Source: Octopus bimaculoides
Lineage: Eukaryota
NCBI RefSeq assembly: GCF_001194135.2
Contig: NC_068989.1
Location: 57,589,514-57,653,513, forward strand
Reading direction: 5' to 3'
DNA length: 64,000 bases
This document shows positions 24,271 to 37,023 of this stretch, in pieces. Position numbers and translations under genes: made by a program. How positions within the stretch are numbered: the stretch's first letter is position 1; each line of letters starts with the position of its first letter. The notes under the pieces were generated by a model that was not told the origin of the DNA, ran no database searches, and was given only the letters and a program-made list of their open reading frames with translations.

Positions 24271-26826
24271 TACTTCTTCCATGTGATATAAATCAATGAC
24301 GTCACTTCCTAATAAACTAAGTCCACTGCCTTGACTTTGATATCACCTCTATGTGACCCTCGAATGTTTTTGTTTGTTACAAACATTCTTACCGCATATC
24401 CAATATAGGGATTCTTCTCCCTTCCACCACTTTCAGAGATCCCCCACAAAAGCATGGCTGCTACCGCTTCTTCTGGTAAATTAGCCATTAAAAGAAGAGT
24501 GATTACGATTTCAATCTCTATTTGAAATGACTTCACTTCATTGATACCAGTAATGTACTTGTGACAGGTATAAGCAGCACATTTGTTGCCTCTCCTAGAA
24601 TATAGAAACTTTGTACATTCGTCACAAGGAAACTTGTATTACCATAATTCCATGGTGGCTGTTTGGATTATTTCTTAAGTAAGTTGTGAATCCTTTAATG
24701 AGGAATTGTTGTTTTAAAATGTGTGTACATATTTAAAACAACAATGAAAAATTGTTACAAAGCCGATGATCGGGTTTCGATTCCGTTTTGCCACCTTCTA
24801 GTGAAGAATATATTACATATGATTAGGTGTCATGCTGGAACGGTAAGAAGAGGTTAAGGGAATGACTCAACCTGTATTGGGAACATAGTTTTCCAGGAGC
24901 TTATCCATCGCTCTGCATTGAAAATACAGTGTTAAACTACGTATAAAGTCCCTGATTAATGTAGCATGTTGGCGGAGTCGTTAAAGCCTCGGATAGAATA
25001 TATTACTTATATCCGTTCCTCTGCTTTGAGTTCAAATTTCACAGAGGTCAAGTTTGCTTTTTAGCTTTCAATTTTTTTGGCGGGGTTGATAAATTACTGT
25101 CTGGTTAATGAGGTTGATTCTTTTTTGTCTCTCATTCGCTTTGAAAGAAATCGACTTCTTCGGGTTTTAAATACCCAAGGTAGATCATATAACACGACAG
25201 CGCCCCACCGATCCTGTTAGAACTCAAGAGAAGGACTGAAGGAAACTCGCTAAAATCTATAATGTACACCAGTTTATTTCTTCAGAAACGACAAGAAATA
25301 TTTGTTAAGCTTGTGTGTCTTTGCTGAATATTTAGTCTAAGTAACGAAGTTCTACAACTCTAAAGATAACTTCAGAGCTAGAAATCACTTGTGAGAAGCT
25401 ATCGACGCTCTACAAAGAACAAACATTTCTCACAATGAAATACTGCTCTTGTATCTGGGATTAAACAGCTGCCATGTACAGAAATATTCTGAACTATATT
25501 TCAAAAATGTCTGTTCAACTCATACATCAAGTCTCACCCCACAAATACACTAATTCTCTTAACTATGTCTTTTCAGTTATCACCCTCCATTCAAATTCAT
25601 CTGTGCATCCACTTCTCCCCGTTTCAGCATTGTTGCTTTTCCATTCACCCCCACTGCACCCCAAACTCCTCTCTAAACACTTGCTTCATAGTTCTCATTC
25701 TCTGACATGGCAATTTAACTTGTGTCATTGTATGAAACACTAAGCATTTTTCTTTCTATTTTCTTTTTTTTTTTACTCAGCAAATTTTATTTTAAAGAAA
25801 GACACAATCGACTTCTATTTAATTTCTCAATCTAATTTCCATGTCGTAATCAGGATTTATTCCCTTTCTTCTATAGCTACACATACGTTTTGTCTTGTTA
25901 ATGTTGCCATCTGTTTTGTAGATAAAATATTAACATGTAGTTGCATTGTCTTTTCTTGCTGTCGTTATTATTATTAATGCTGGTGCTGTAATTGCTTGTT
26001 CTTGTTAATAATCTATCTGTTGCTCTTCTATTTTGTTACATTCGTAATGTTCTGTTGTTTGTTTGTTTCTTGTCTTTTTTCTTGTCGTTGTTATCGACTT
26101 TATTGAAACATATCTAATAACAATTGATTTATAAGGGTAGCACTATAATGTAGTAGAATCTTAGTTCCGATTTTTTGTTGGAATATCCTTTAACTTCCTT
26201 TCATAACGCCAATGTCATTACCAAAAATGGTAAGAATTAACGAATTCTCATTTGTCTTCCACTTCAACAATTTTAGTTTTCCTTCCTTTGTTAGGGGTTA
26301 TTGTTGTTGTTTTTGTTGTTGTTGTTATCGTTGTTGCTTTCATCGCCATTTTGTTACTATTCATCTTAATTTCCTTGTTTAGCTTTTAGTTTAATTATTG
26401 ATCTGTTTGTCATATGGATACAATGTGTGTGTGTGTGCGCATATACACATATACATATGTAAACAACTTATAGGTACTAGGACGTGAAGATTAGCTAAGC
26501 CGGTTTTGTGTATGTTACAACTTATGTAACAAGCTTCGCTTTGCTACGAAACGACTGTAGTCCGTGTTTACCTGTTCCATTCCTTGCTTTCTTGGATCTT
26601 TATCCGCATTTTTAGAAACTTTCGTTGCTAAACCGTGAGTTGTATGCTAACTGTCAGCTTATTGAAATTTCTTTTGATTTCAATGAGACGAAAAGTGTAA
26701 CTTACGATGTTAATAAACTCGTTTAATCGTATATTGCCCACCTTTTGTTGTCTATACTAACTATATAAACGCTGGAAGCTTACTGACTTCCTGCACTTGT
26801 TTCCCGGGATCGTCCATACTTATTGC

Positions 26827-26869
<43 letters not shown>

Positions 26870-26871
<2 letters not shown>

Positions 26872-27138
26872 AGGCGCAATGGCCCAGTGGTTAGAGCAGC
26901 GGACTCGCGGTCGTAGGATCGCGGTTTCGATTCCCAGACCGGGCGTTGTGAGTATTTATCGAGCGAAAACACCTGAAGTTCCACGAGGCTCCGGCAGGGG
27001 ATAGTGGCGAACCCTGCTGTATACTCTTTCACCACAACTTTCTCTCACTCGTTCTTTCTGTTTCTGTTGTACCTGTATTTCAAAGGGCCAACCTTGTCAC
27101 ACTCTGTGTCACGCTGAATCTCCCCCGAGAACTACGTT
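26870..27138 (+). mobile_element. tRNA-derived SINE family A, truncated by a gap
   Basis: A box TGGCCCAGTGG is at 26880-90 and B box GGTTTCGATTCC at 26923-34. It is highly similar to the 3671-4060 copy. Confidence 0.9.
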
Positions 27139-29608
27139 NNNNNNNNNNNNNNNNNNNNNNNNNNNNNNNNNNNNNNNNNNNNNNNNNNNNNNNNNNNNNN
27201 NNNNNNNNNNNNNNNNNNNNNNNNNNNNNNNNNNNNNNNNNNNNNNNNNNNNNNNNNNNNNNNNNNNNNNNNNNNNNNNNNNNNNNNNNNNNNNNNNNNN
27301 NNNNNNNNNNNNNNNNNNNNNNNNNNNNNNNNNNNNNNNNNNNNNNNNNNNNNNNNNNNNNNNNNNNNNNNNNNNNNNNNNNNNNNNNNNNNNNNNNNNN
27401 NNNNNNNNNNNNNNNNNNNNNNNNNNNNNNNNNNNNNNNNNNNNNNNNNNNNNNNNNNNNNNNNNNNNNNNNNNNNNNNNNNNNNNNNNNNNNNNNNNNN
27501 NNNNNNNNNNNNNNNNNNNNNNNNNNNNNNNNNNNNNNNNNNNNNNNNNNNNNNNNNNNNNNNNNNNNNNNNNNNNNNNNNNNNNNNNNNNNNNNNNNNN
27601 NNNNNNNNNNNNNNNNNNNNNNNNNNNNNNNNNNNNNNNNNNNNNNNNNNNNNNNNNNNNNNNNNNNNNNNNNNNNNNNNNNNNNNNNNNNNNNNNNNNN
27701 NNNNNNNNNNNNNNNNNNNNNNNNNNNNNNNNNNNNNNNNNNNNNNNNNNNNNNNNNNNNNNNNNNNNNNNNNNNNNNNNNNNNNNNNNNNNNNNNNNNN
27801 NNNNNNNNNNNNNNNNNNNNNNNNNNNNNNNNNNNNNNATATATATATATATATACACATGATGAGTATATCGGGATAAATTATCCATAGTAGTTCTCAT
27901 GCATAGTCCAGGTTTTGGTTAATCACATCAAGTAGAAATTAACATCAATGATAGCTTAGCATGAGCAATCCCACTGTAATTCGTCTGATGGGTAAATCTG
28001 GATTCGCTTCCCTGGATTATGAATATTTTCGGGCGTGTAAATTCCAAACAATTACAAAGAATGCGGAGACCGATAAATCTTCAATTTTTTCCTTTTAATT
28101 TAGCAGTTAATTATACAGCATAATTAATTAGTTAAAATGACCGACACGTGTTTCTGCTGCACAGACTATGTGCAGCTGCATATGTAACCCTCAGTATTCT
28201 GCTATACACTTTCAATCATGGTCTTTCCACAAGCCTGATCCTTAGCGAATATATATATATATATGTATGTATATATANNNNNNNNNNATATATAATGTTT
28301 TTTTTCTGTTGCTATTTCCCTGTTATCGTTGTTATTGCTACAGTTTTATGTATATTTTATTACACCCTTATAGGATTTATATCGTTTCCATCGTAACTAT
28401 TGCATTGTTTTGCTGTACTTGTGTTTTTTGTTTGTTTTTACTTTTTGTTTTGTATTTTTCTTTTCTGTTTTTTTTTTGTTTGTTCCTACAACACCTCTTG
28501 CTGAACTTCTAATATTGATATTGTATCTATTGTTATTTTGTGAGTTTTATTATCGTTATTGATTGTTACATTTCTTTGAGTCACATTTCTTTCTAAAAAC
28601 CACCTCATATTCTAAATTCTCTTTTCATTTTATCAGTTAACATAAGATACCATATGATTGATATTTGATCATATCTCATTCATTTCCTATAGTTTCATAC
28701 TGTTTATATAACATTCCTATCATCTCTATGTCTTACTGTGTCACCAGATTATCATATCAATGTTTCCATCAATATTTTGCCAACTTGCTTCACTTTTGAT
28801 GATGTATTATTTATCAAGATACAAATAAATATTGCATTGGCTTTCTTTCAACTTATCTTTTATGTAACTTATCTAACGGCGTAGCTTTTGCTGTGTGCTT
28901 AAGCTGTTCGCTCCACAATGATGTGATGTTTTGGTTTGGGGGTTCATCCCCACAGGGCGGCACTTTGGACAAGTATCTTTTACACTAGCCCCAGACTATA
29001 GCAATGGAAACTCGTCGTGTGTGCGTGTGTGTGTATACACACAGACACACACACACATACACATACACGCACACACACACACACACAACGCGAAGGGTTC
29101 CTACCCGTACAACTTCTGCCTAGTAAATTCCACTCACACAGCTTTGGGTAAATTGAGACTATAGTAGAAACAGTAGATAACTCTTGCCCAAACTACCACA
29201 CACGAGTATCGAACAAGAACCCACATTGTTTCCTATCGAACTTTTTAATCACACACTCATCACATGTGAATTATTTCTATTTTGTATGTATATTCTATTA
29301 TGACTTCAAGAGTCAAAGCAGCGAGCAGGCAGAGTCGTTAGCGACAATTCTTCCAGCTCTTTACGTTCTGAGATCAACTTCGACCTTCGGGATCGATTAA
29401 ATAAAATATCAGTTCAGATGTCAATGTGATCACCTTCGGCTTTTATTATGTACGCTTCTCAAGAATTACACTGAAATTACAAGGATCTCCCGAGGTATTA
29501 GGCAATAGCTTAAAACATCAGAACTGGTAATATTTAATAGTAGTTACACATCAAAACTGATCATGGTCCTATATGCGAAACTAACTTTATTTTTACATCT
29601 ATTTTCAG

Positions 29609-29716
29609 GACATCCAGTTGGCATATGGGACTCCTGTTATAATAATGTCTCAGCAACTGCAACTATAGCAGCAGGATCAAATACAGAACCAGCCACTTGC
29701 GAAGATAAGAAACCTT
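29609..29716 (+). CDS. TMEM47: TMEM47-like claudin-superfamily protein, internal exon encoding extracellular loop 1
   Basis: The acceptor ttttcAG is at 29607-08, with a CTAAC branch-like motif at 29581 and a donor GTaag at 29717. The exon is 108 nt, phase 1 to phase 1. It translates (G/R)HPVGIWDSCYNNVSATATIAAGSNTEPATCEDKKP, carrying the claudin-family G-[LI]-W-x-x-C...C signature, and splices in frame to the 36874 exon (T|AT = Tyr). Confidence 0.88.
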
Positions 29717-30860
29717 GTAAGCTCTTTTAATACATTATTGATTTTTCTGTGCGTCCATACTTACATTGTGTGGTTGTGGGTAGGGTTGTTATTGGTTATT
29801 TTGTCTTTGTAAGAACGAAATGGTTGAATGAGTGAGTTTTGTACGATTGGCGTATTGCAAGTGTTATATGTTTCTGGGTGTATTTTTAGTTATACGTTTA
29901 ATCATTGGACACGCTTCGGTTCACCTGGATGTGAAAATTAATTTAGAGATCTTCTGTGAATGTTACCCAGTAATAGGCTGATGTTTAATTTAGGAACATA
30001 GAAAAATGTATCTGTCGTTTGCAAGTCATGAAAACTGAGCTAAGAACCTGCATTTGTGACCCTATTTGGTCTCTTCAAAGTATTTTTTTAAATCCTGAGA
30101 TAGGAAATGATTTTTTTTGTGAGTGTACATGGGGGTCGAACTTTCTTTTTTACATTTAAAGAATTACGCACTATTTCATCAGTTACTGTGGTTGTATGTG
30201 AATAGAGCCGCGCATATTCCCATCCCACCTATTTCTGTACTGTCCCTAACCCTATCACTTCCTTTACCACACATCTTGCTCTCCCAGCACCAACCCTTTC
30301 CACTATATTTACATTGAATGTTCCTTTACTCTGAGCACCTTCTGTCAATCATCGGCGCTCCCCTCCTTTATTGTAACCCTTTGTATCCACCCTGAGTACC
30401 TCTGACCTCCATCTCTGTCACTGTGTCACTTCATTCCCCACCCTTCACCACATTTCCCTATTTCTCATCTATCTACAGTTTTATTAAGCTGTTGATCTCC
30501 AGCCCACCTTTATGTATTACCTCCCCCTCCTCCTCGACCCACTCTTATTCTCTTTTAGATGTTTATATTCCTTTAATGAAAAAGTGTTTAGATGTTTATA
30601 TTCCTTCAATGTCACTGAACATCCGTCTTTCAACTACCCACATCACTTCACAACATTTCACTACTTCTCATTTATCTTTAGTTTTATTACACTGTTGCTC
30701 TCCACCCACCACACCCACCCCCTTTTTTTAATTCCACTTATCGTATGCTCTTGCTTTACCCCCTCCTATTTCCTTCACCTTCTCCCCTAAACTGAGATTC
30801 CCTCTTGACTACACTTCCACTTCTGTTCATTCTCTTCAGTCGCCTCTGTCCCAGCTTTAA

Positions 30861-31078
30861 CCCTTTAGCGTTCAGATTATTCTGTCAAATGTAATACTTA
30901 TCCATTCACATTGTTTTGAATTAACCATGGATTATCTTGTAACTTTGAGATTTTGCTGATGTAAATGTTTGTTTTGAATGACATTGTTGAGTAGATGTGA
31001 GAAGCTGGATCTGACCAGTTTAAGCATAAAACAAGTAGAACATTTTAAGTCAAATATGACTGACATAAATGCTAAACA
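30861..31078. mobile_element. TTAA-flanked (piggyBac-like) MITE of ~220 bp
   Basis: TTAA at 30857-60 is followed by CCCTTTAGCGTTCAGATTA, with TTAA again at 31079-82. The same family is at 46520-46739 (opposite orientation) and at about 60640-60830. Confidence 0.7.
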
Positions 31079-31989
31079 TTAATCATCTTCCACTTCCCTT
31101 TCACATTCTTGCAAAACTTACCAACCTTTTCTTTCTGAACCACCATCTGCATTCTCTTTTATGCTCACCCTCTTATATCTCGAGGGTATGCCCTGACACT
31201 TCATCATCACCATCCTTTTTCCATTTCCAGCCGAGGTTTCTGTTTCTCTATCATTCTTTATGCCTAGCATAAAGCCACTGTCTGAATGCTACAGCCCCAG
31301 CATAATCAAGGGGTCTTGGCTTGCAAGTAACTTGGTTACATCACAAGTGTTGGTGCCACATAAATAGCACCCAGTACACTCTGTAAAGTGGTTGATATTA
31401 GGAAAGGCATCCAGCTGTAGAAACTGAGGAAAAGCAGACTTTGGAGCTCAATATAGTTATTTGGCTCATCAGATCCTGACCAACCATCTAGTATAGAAGC
31501 TGGCCATTAAACAATGATGATGATAATGATGACAATAGAGTAATAGCAGTAGCAGAAACAGCAGTAATATATATGAAATTTCTACATTTCCCTATTGGGC
31601 AAATGAAGGAAATTTAAAATACACAATAGATTGTCATATATTTAGTAATAATTTTAATTAAAATCTGATCATACAGGAAGGCAATTTTTTTTAAAATAAT
31701 AATACTTCTAAATAATCAGAAAATATATTTATTTGTCAAATGTAATTAAAAATAAAATATGAAATGAAATAATAAGTTATTTTGTTAATTGCAAATATAA
31801 CATTGGTTTTAATTAGTTCTCTAGAAATTTATTTTTTGTCTCAGATCTCAAACATATTTGTGTGTATGAAGGTGTATTGTCATATTTAAACATTTGCATT
31901 TAGAAGGCAGCTTTAGAATCTTATACAACAGGTATGACTAGAATAGATCGTGCAGTAGTGCCTATAAAAGTCTTAGATTTGCATAGACT

Positions 31990-32400
31990 AATGAATAATA
32001 CAATAAACAGCTTTATTACGATATTTCCGTTGAAATACACTGGCTTTGTTTCAGTTAATTTGGAAAATAATAAAAAACTTGGTAAAATAACTTCATCATT
32101 ATTAAGCTGGTATTTGGAACAAAAATTAACATGAAATTTTGATGGAAGGTTTTAATTTCGACCACTGTAACAGTTTTATTACCATATTTTTATTGAAATA
32201 CACTGGCTTTTGTTTCAATTAATTTTTAGAATAATGAAGAATTTAGTAAAATATCTTTATCATTATTAAGCTGGTGTTTGAAACATAAATTAACAGAAAA
32301 TCCTAATGGAGGTTTTTCATTTAGATACTTTTAAAAAGAAATTTTACATTGTAGAACAAGAGACAGTCTCAAGAGGGTTGATATCAAGAATTAAACCAAG
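31990..32400. mobile_element. AT-rich TTAA-type MITE family F with duplicated left arm
   Basis: The unit TTACCATATTTCTGTTGAAATACACTGGCTTTGTTTCAATT..GGAAGGTTTTAATTT occurs twice (period 163 bp). The same doubled layout is at 34295-35245 and 62770-63130. Confidence 0.75.
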
Positions 32401-33194
32401 CAATTATACAGAGAAAAGGATCAGCAAGTTAATATCCCAGCCACCACATCTCTTTTAAATTAGAATTTATCTTTTGATGCAACAAGCAAACGAAAATGTA
32501 GGCCTGGAATGTCATCTAAATTCTCCAAGAGAAGCACAACTGAAGTTTACCTAAGTGCTTTATGCGTCTCAAAATGTCAGGAAGAATGCATAATTACTGA
32601 AAGGCATCATGAGTCTTGATGCTATTTCTGATTACAGCTGTCATGTATTGAATGTCATGGCACTGAAAATGGTTAAGGAATATGTCAATAATTTAGAAAT
32701 AAAATTATCTGATAACATTCAAACAAGTAGAAAAAGTAACTAAGTATTATTGAGATTTTATTTTGGAGAGATTTGGTTCATTGATAATGGTGAATTCCAT
32801 AAAATATTGGTACAGTGGTGCATCACATGATGACTTCTCCATGTGGTGTATGTCAGATCATACTATACACATTTTAGTAAGATTCAATCACGAAATATTA
32901 ATGAAACTTCATCATCATCATTAATATTTAATGTCCACTTTTCCATGCTTGCTTGGTTAGATTGAATTTGTTGAGGCAGATTTTTTATGGTCAGATGCTC
33001 TTCCTGTTGCCACTTCTCTCCTGTTTGCAAGCAAGGTAATATTTCCCAATGATTGGGCATGTTTTCAAGGAAGGTTGGCAATGAATGACACCATTTGTAT
33101 GATGTTGATACTTGCTTACAATTATCACACAATGTCAAGACAAAGAGGTACAAACACACACACACGCGCGCGTATGCATGCATACACATATATA

Positions 33195-33690
33195 TTGCGG
33201 ATGGATGTTGACAGCTCTATAAAGAAGTTCTGATCACTCAAAGTGGATGGAACTCATGGAAGAGGGAGGCCCAGGAGGACATGGGGTGAAGTATTGAAGG
33301 ATGACCTCAGAACACTGTACCTTGCAAAGGAGATGAGAAAGAATCGAGATATTCTGTGCCTCGCTGTACTCAAGAAGACCCATCCACAACAGCAGAAATG
33401 TTAATGCCACTCTATCTGATGAAGAAGATTGGCCTGTAGCAGCTCTGTGCCAGTGGCCCATAGAAAGCACACATGCTGGTTCCACATAAAAGCACACATG
33501 CTGATGCTATTTTAGAGCACTTGGAACACACTGTAAAGTGGTTGGTATTAGGAATGTCATCTAGCTATAGAAACCAAGCTGAATCAGACTGGAACTTGGT
33601 GCAGCTCTCTTGCTAGCCAGCTCTGGTCAAATCGTCCAATACATGCCAGCATGGAAAACAGATGTTAAAGGATAATGATGATGATGATAC
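33195..33690 (+). mobile_element. RTE LINE 3' fragment: ORF2 C-terminus, 3' UTR and (GAT)n tail
   Basis: It translates LRMDVDSSIKKF*SLKVDGTHGRGRPRRTWGEVLKDDLRTLYLAKEMRKNRD, with the RTE GRGRPRKTW motif. It continues into the GGCATCCAGCTGTAGAAAC..GCATGGAAAAC..GTTAAA(GAT)n tail also seen at about 31340-31540, 48455-48620 (-), 48650-48740 and 53985-54152. Confidence 0.85.
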
Positions 33691-34530
33691 ATACACGTGC
33701 ACACAGTTTTTGTTTACTGAATCCACTGACAAGGTTTCGGTCAACTCAAGGCTATTATAGAAGACATTTGCCAAAAGTGCCATGCAGTGGGGCAGAACTC
33801 AAATCCGTAGTTAGATAGTGAACTTCTCATCCACACATTTCTACTCAAATACAGGTTAATCAATTTTTCATATATTCCAAATGCAATGGCTAGTGAGATT
33901 CATTAAAGTCTTGAACAAAATACCTTCTTGTATTTGGTTATAATCTTTTACATTCTGAGTCCAAATCCAGCCTCGATAAACTATGTCTTTCATTAAAGTA
34001 TCAGTAACATTCTGGAGTTGAATCAATTAACTATATCTTTCTCCTAAAAATTGCGTCCATATGCCAATGTTAGGAATCAATCATTATTCAATATTCCTGC
34101 TGATAACAGTAGTCAGTTATGCCAATTTCCATCTCAATGCCTATATACTCAATTACACAGTGAACTGAGTGGGTATTGAGCTATGAAGGCATGGTTAATG
34201 GATTTAAACCCCTTTCAGTGTGTCACTCATCAGGATATTTGATTCTGTGTCTCAGTTCCTCTAAATGTTACGTTATTGTCTTAGGAACTCTTTTCTTTAC
34301 CATATTTCTATTGAAATACACTGGCTTTGTTTCAATTAGTTTTGAAAATAATGAAGAATTTAGTGAAATAACTTTGTAATTACTAAGCTGATGTTTGGAA
34401 CATAAATTAGCATAAAATTTTGATGGAAAGTTTTAATTTAGATCACTTTAATTCTTTTCTGTTGAAATACACTGGCTTTGTTTCAATTAGTTTTGAAAAT
34501 AATGAAGAATTTAGCAAAATAACATTTTTT

Positions 34531-35030
34531 GAGCATGGCCGTTGATCGTTACCAACGTCGCCTTCCTGGCACTTGTGCCAGTGGCACGTGAAAATACATT
34601 CGAGCGAGATCGTTGCCAGTGCCGATGGACTGGCTCCTGTGCAGGTGACACGTAAAATACACCATTTCANNNNNNNNNNGAGATCGTTGCCAGTGCCGAT
34701 GGACTGGCTCCTGTGCAGGTGACACGTAAAATACACCATTTCAAGCGTGGCCGTTGCCAGTGCCGATGGACTGGCTCCTGTGCAGATGGCATGTAAAATA
34801 CACCATTTCGAGTGTGGCCGTCGCCAGTACCACCTTACTGGCCCTCGTGTCAGTGGCATGTAAAAGCACCCACTACACTCTCGGAGTGGTTGGCATTAGG
34901 AAAGGCATCCAGCTGTAGAAACTCTGCCAAATCAGATTGGAGCCTGGTGTCGCCTCCTGGTCCACCAGTCCTCAGTCAAATCGTCCAACCCATGCTAGCA
35001 TGGAAAGCAGACGTTAAATGACGATGATGA
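34531..35030 (+). mobile_element. Young RTE-tail retroposon with internal 67-bp tandem repeat, inserted into a family F MITE
   Basis: CGTTGCCAGTGCCGATGGACTGGCTCCTGTGCAG units start at 34611, 34685, 34752 and 34819. The RTE-type tail ends GTTAAATGACGATGATGA. CpGs are intact, and the host MITE resumes at about 35100. Confidence 0.8.
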
Positions 35031-36329
35031 AGCTGTGTGCTTAAGCTGTTCACTCCACAATGATGTGATGTTGTGGTTTTGGGGTTCATCCCCACTGGGG
35101 AACATAAATTAATATGAAATTTTGATGGAACTATCATAGCTTTAAAACTATCATAGCTTTTGATGGGACTGTCAAGGCTTTAAAACAAGAAATTGGTATC
35201 ATAGAATCAGAAACAATCTCTGTCAGATTAATATCAAAAGATTAAGAAAGTTTACTTCTCCTGGATTAGCATCTTGTACTGTGTAAATTTGTCTCATATG
35301 CTCATCACTATAGAAAATGTTTCTAAGTAAGCAGCCTAATTTACTCTAGAGATTTTTGAAAAGAATAACTTAAATTTATAGCTAGTTCATACAAGTAACC
35401 TCAGTGATATGTGTTATAGCAATGGGGAATTATTGATAGCAATCAGACTCGTGCCAGGAGTTCAATCCATGCCATGAATTCAACTCTTGCCAGCATAGAA
35501 CATGAACATTAAAAGATGATGATATTATGAGCTGTTTATACATTTATTGCTAGACATAGCTGTGAATAAAAAATCAATGCAAAAATTATAAAAGTGTTTT
35601 AAATAATTTAAAAAGATGCCTAATGTATCATACCCTGCTTGTTCTTCTACAGAGAAGAGTCCATGGACGATTTCAATTAAGTTTAGATACTGTGAGAAGA
35701 GACAAATCAAATGTTGATGGTTCTACAGATTCTCCACTTCTTGTATAAATTCCTGTACTAATGAATAATGAATAAATTCCTGTACTAATTCTATCAACTA
35801 CTTTTTGCAAATGCATACTTCCACTAGTTTCTTCAGATCCAAGATTTTACCTCATTCTTTTCAGCTTCTAATAAATTCTGACTTCTTCCATCTCATTTCT
35901 TGTTAAAGGTATCAAAATGCATTGATTTATAACCAAACTTGAAAGTCAATTTAATATATTAATATTTCAACCTCATATACACAATATTATCAGAGCAAAA
36001 TATTCAAGTGTAACTATACCTTTGAATACATCTTTAATACATATAGAACAGTGCAGCACATGGTACATAAGTAGTTCATTAGTTTGTAGTCAATTTGATA
36101 AGATTGCTACTTAGGTACTTCCTCAGAAATCAGGGGAGACAAGTCAAAGCAATTTTCAGAAACATTAATACTTTCAGTTGGAACACACCACTCATACCTA
36201 ATCTCAGCTTTATCTGAAGTGTCTCTTGTTAGGATTCTGTCTCTAATTACTACAGAATCTTCTCAACCACAGGCAAAACATATGTGAGCCTATTAAGGCA
36301 ATCTGATTCCAGTAGTTCATATTCTTACA

Positions 36330-36715
36330 CTTAAGGTTAGGTCAGATGTAGGGACATGCAGTAGTGCAGCATGTTGCTGTATACACCATTTCTTGGTATA
36401 TCCTTAGGTCCTCCTGGGCAACTCCTCAATCAGAATCCCGGTCAGTCCCCATCTCTGCAAGATACCTCTTCATCTGCCATGACCATGTCCTGCTCTATAC
36501 GTGTGTGTGTGTGTTAGACTTAAGACTGGTCCTTATTTCTGGATTGATGCTGAAGTCTTCCTGAGAAGCTCCAAAGGGGCATTCATAGCATTTGTACTAT
36601 ACACCTATTCAACATTTACACTGTTTCAACTTATCATAGAAAAGACATTTCATAAGTTGCCCACTGTCCATTCTGGTAAATGTGACCAGATTAATACACA
36701 CATATATACTAGTAG
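36330..36715 (-). pseudogene. Two adjacent RTE LINE C-terminal remnants
   Basis: Minus frames read TRMDSGQLMKCLFYDKLKQ..EDFSINPE (BovB-like) and RTWSWQMKRYLAEMGTDRD. Both contain stops. Confidence 0.5.
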
Positions 36716-36873
36716 CTCCCACAGGATATATATAGCTTGCTCAAATCAATAAACAGCTGAAACAAAATATTTCACTCTTTTGATTACTTCTTCACATTCA
36801 ATCTGTAATTCTTAACAACCAATATTCATATAAGAAGAATGATATTTATTCTATATTGACCATCTCTTCATAG

Positions 36874-37023
36874 ATTGGCAGAACGCTGTCCTTGGCTTGA
36901 TGATGTTTGCAGCATCTTTTGGTGCTTTAGCTGCAGTTTTATCTATATGTGGTGTGCTGACCACCCCATTGCCGAAGAAAATATATTATTACCACTCTGC
37001 TGGTGAGATATTTCTTATATGTG
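36874..37023 (+). CDS. TMEM47: TMEM47-like protein, internal exon encoding TM2, the intracellular loop and the start of TM3
   Basis: The acceptor cttcatAG is at 36872-73 and the donor G|GTaagt at 37024. The exon is 150 nt, phase 1 to phase 1. It translates YWQNAVLGLMMFAASFGALAAVLSICGVLTTPLPKKIYYYHSAGEIFLIC. WQxAxLxL resembles the DWQIATLALL segment of vertebrate TMEM47 as I recall it. Confidence 0.9.

Noticed and set aside
24600-24685. Candidate first exon ending at GTAAGT (24679)
   Set aside because: The phase-1 frame hits a stop at 24645-47, and there is no TM1-length segment.
26560-26642. Hydrophobic stretch ending at a GTGAGT donor as a TM1 exon
   Set aside because: The hydrophobic frame ends in phase 2, which is incompatible with the phase-1 acceptor. 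The phase-1 frame contains a stop.
26870-26945. tRNA gene
   Set aside because: The A and B boxes continue into a SINE body that is repeated elsewhere, and I see no acceptor-stem pairing.
28890-29230. Inverted SINE-head pair just upstream of the ECL1 exon as a splicing-relevant stem
   Set aside because: The overlap is only ~50 bp of strongly diverged sequence, so stable pairing is unlikely.
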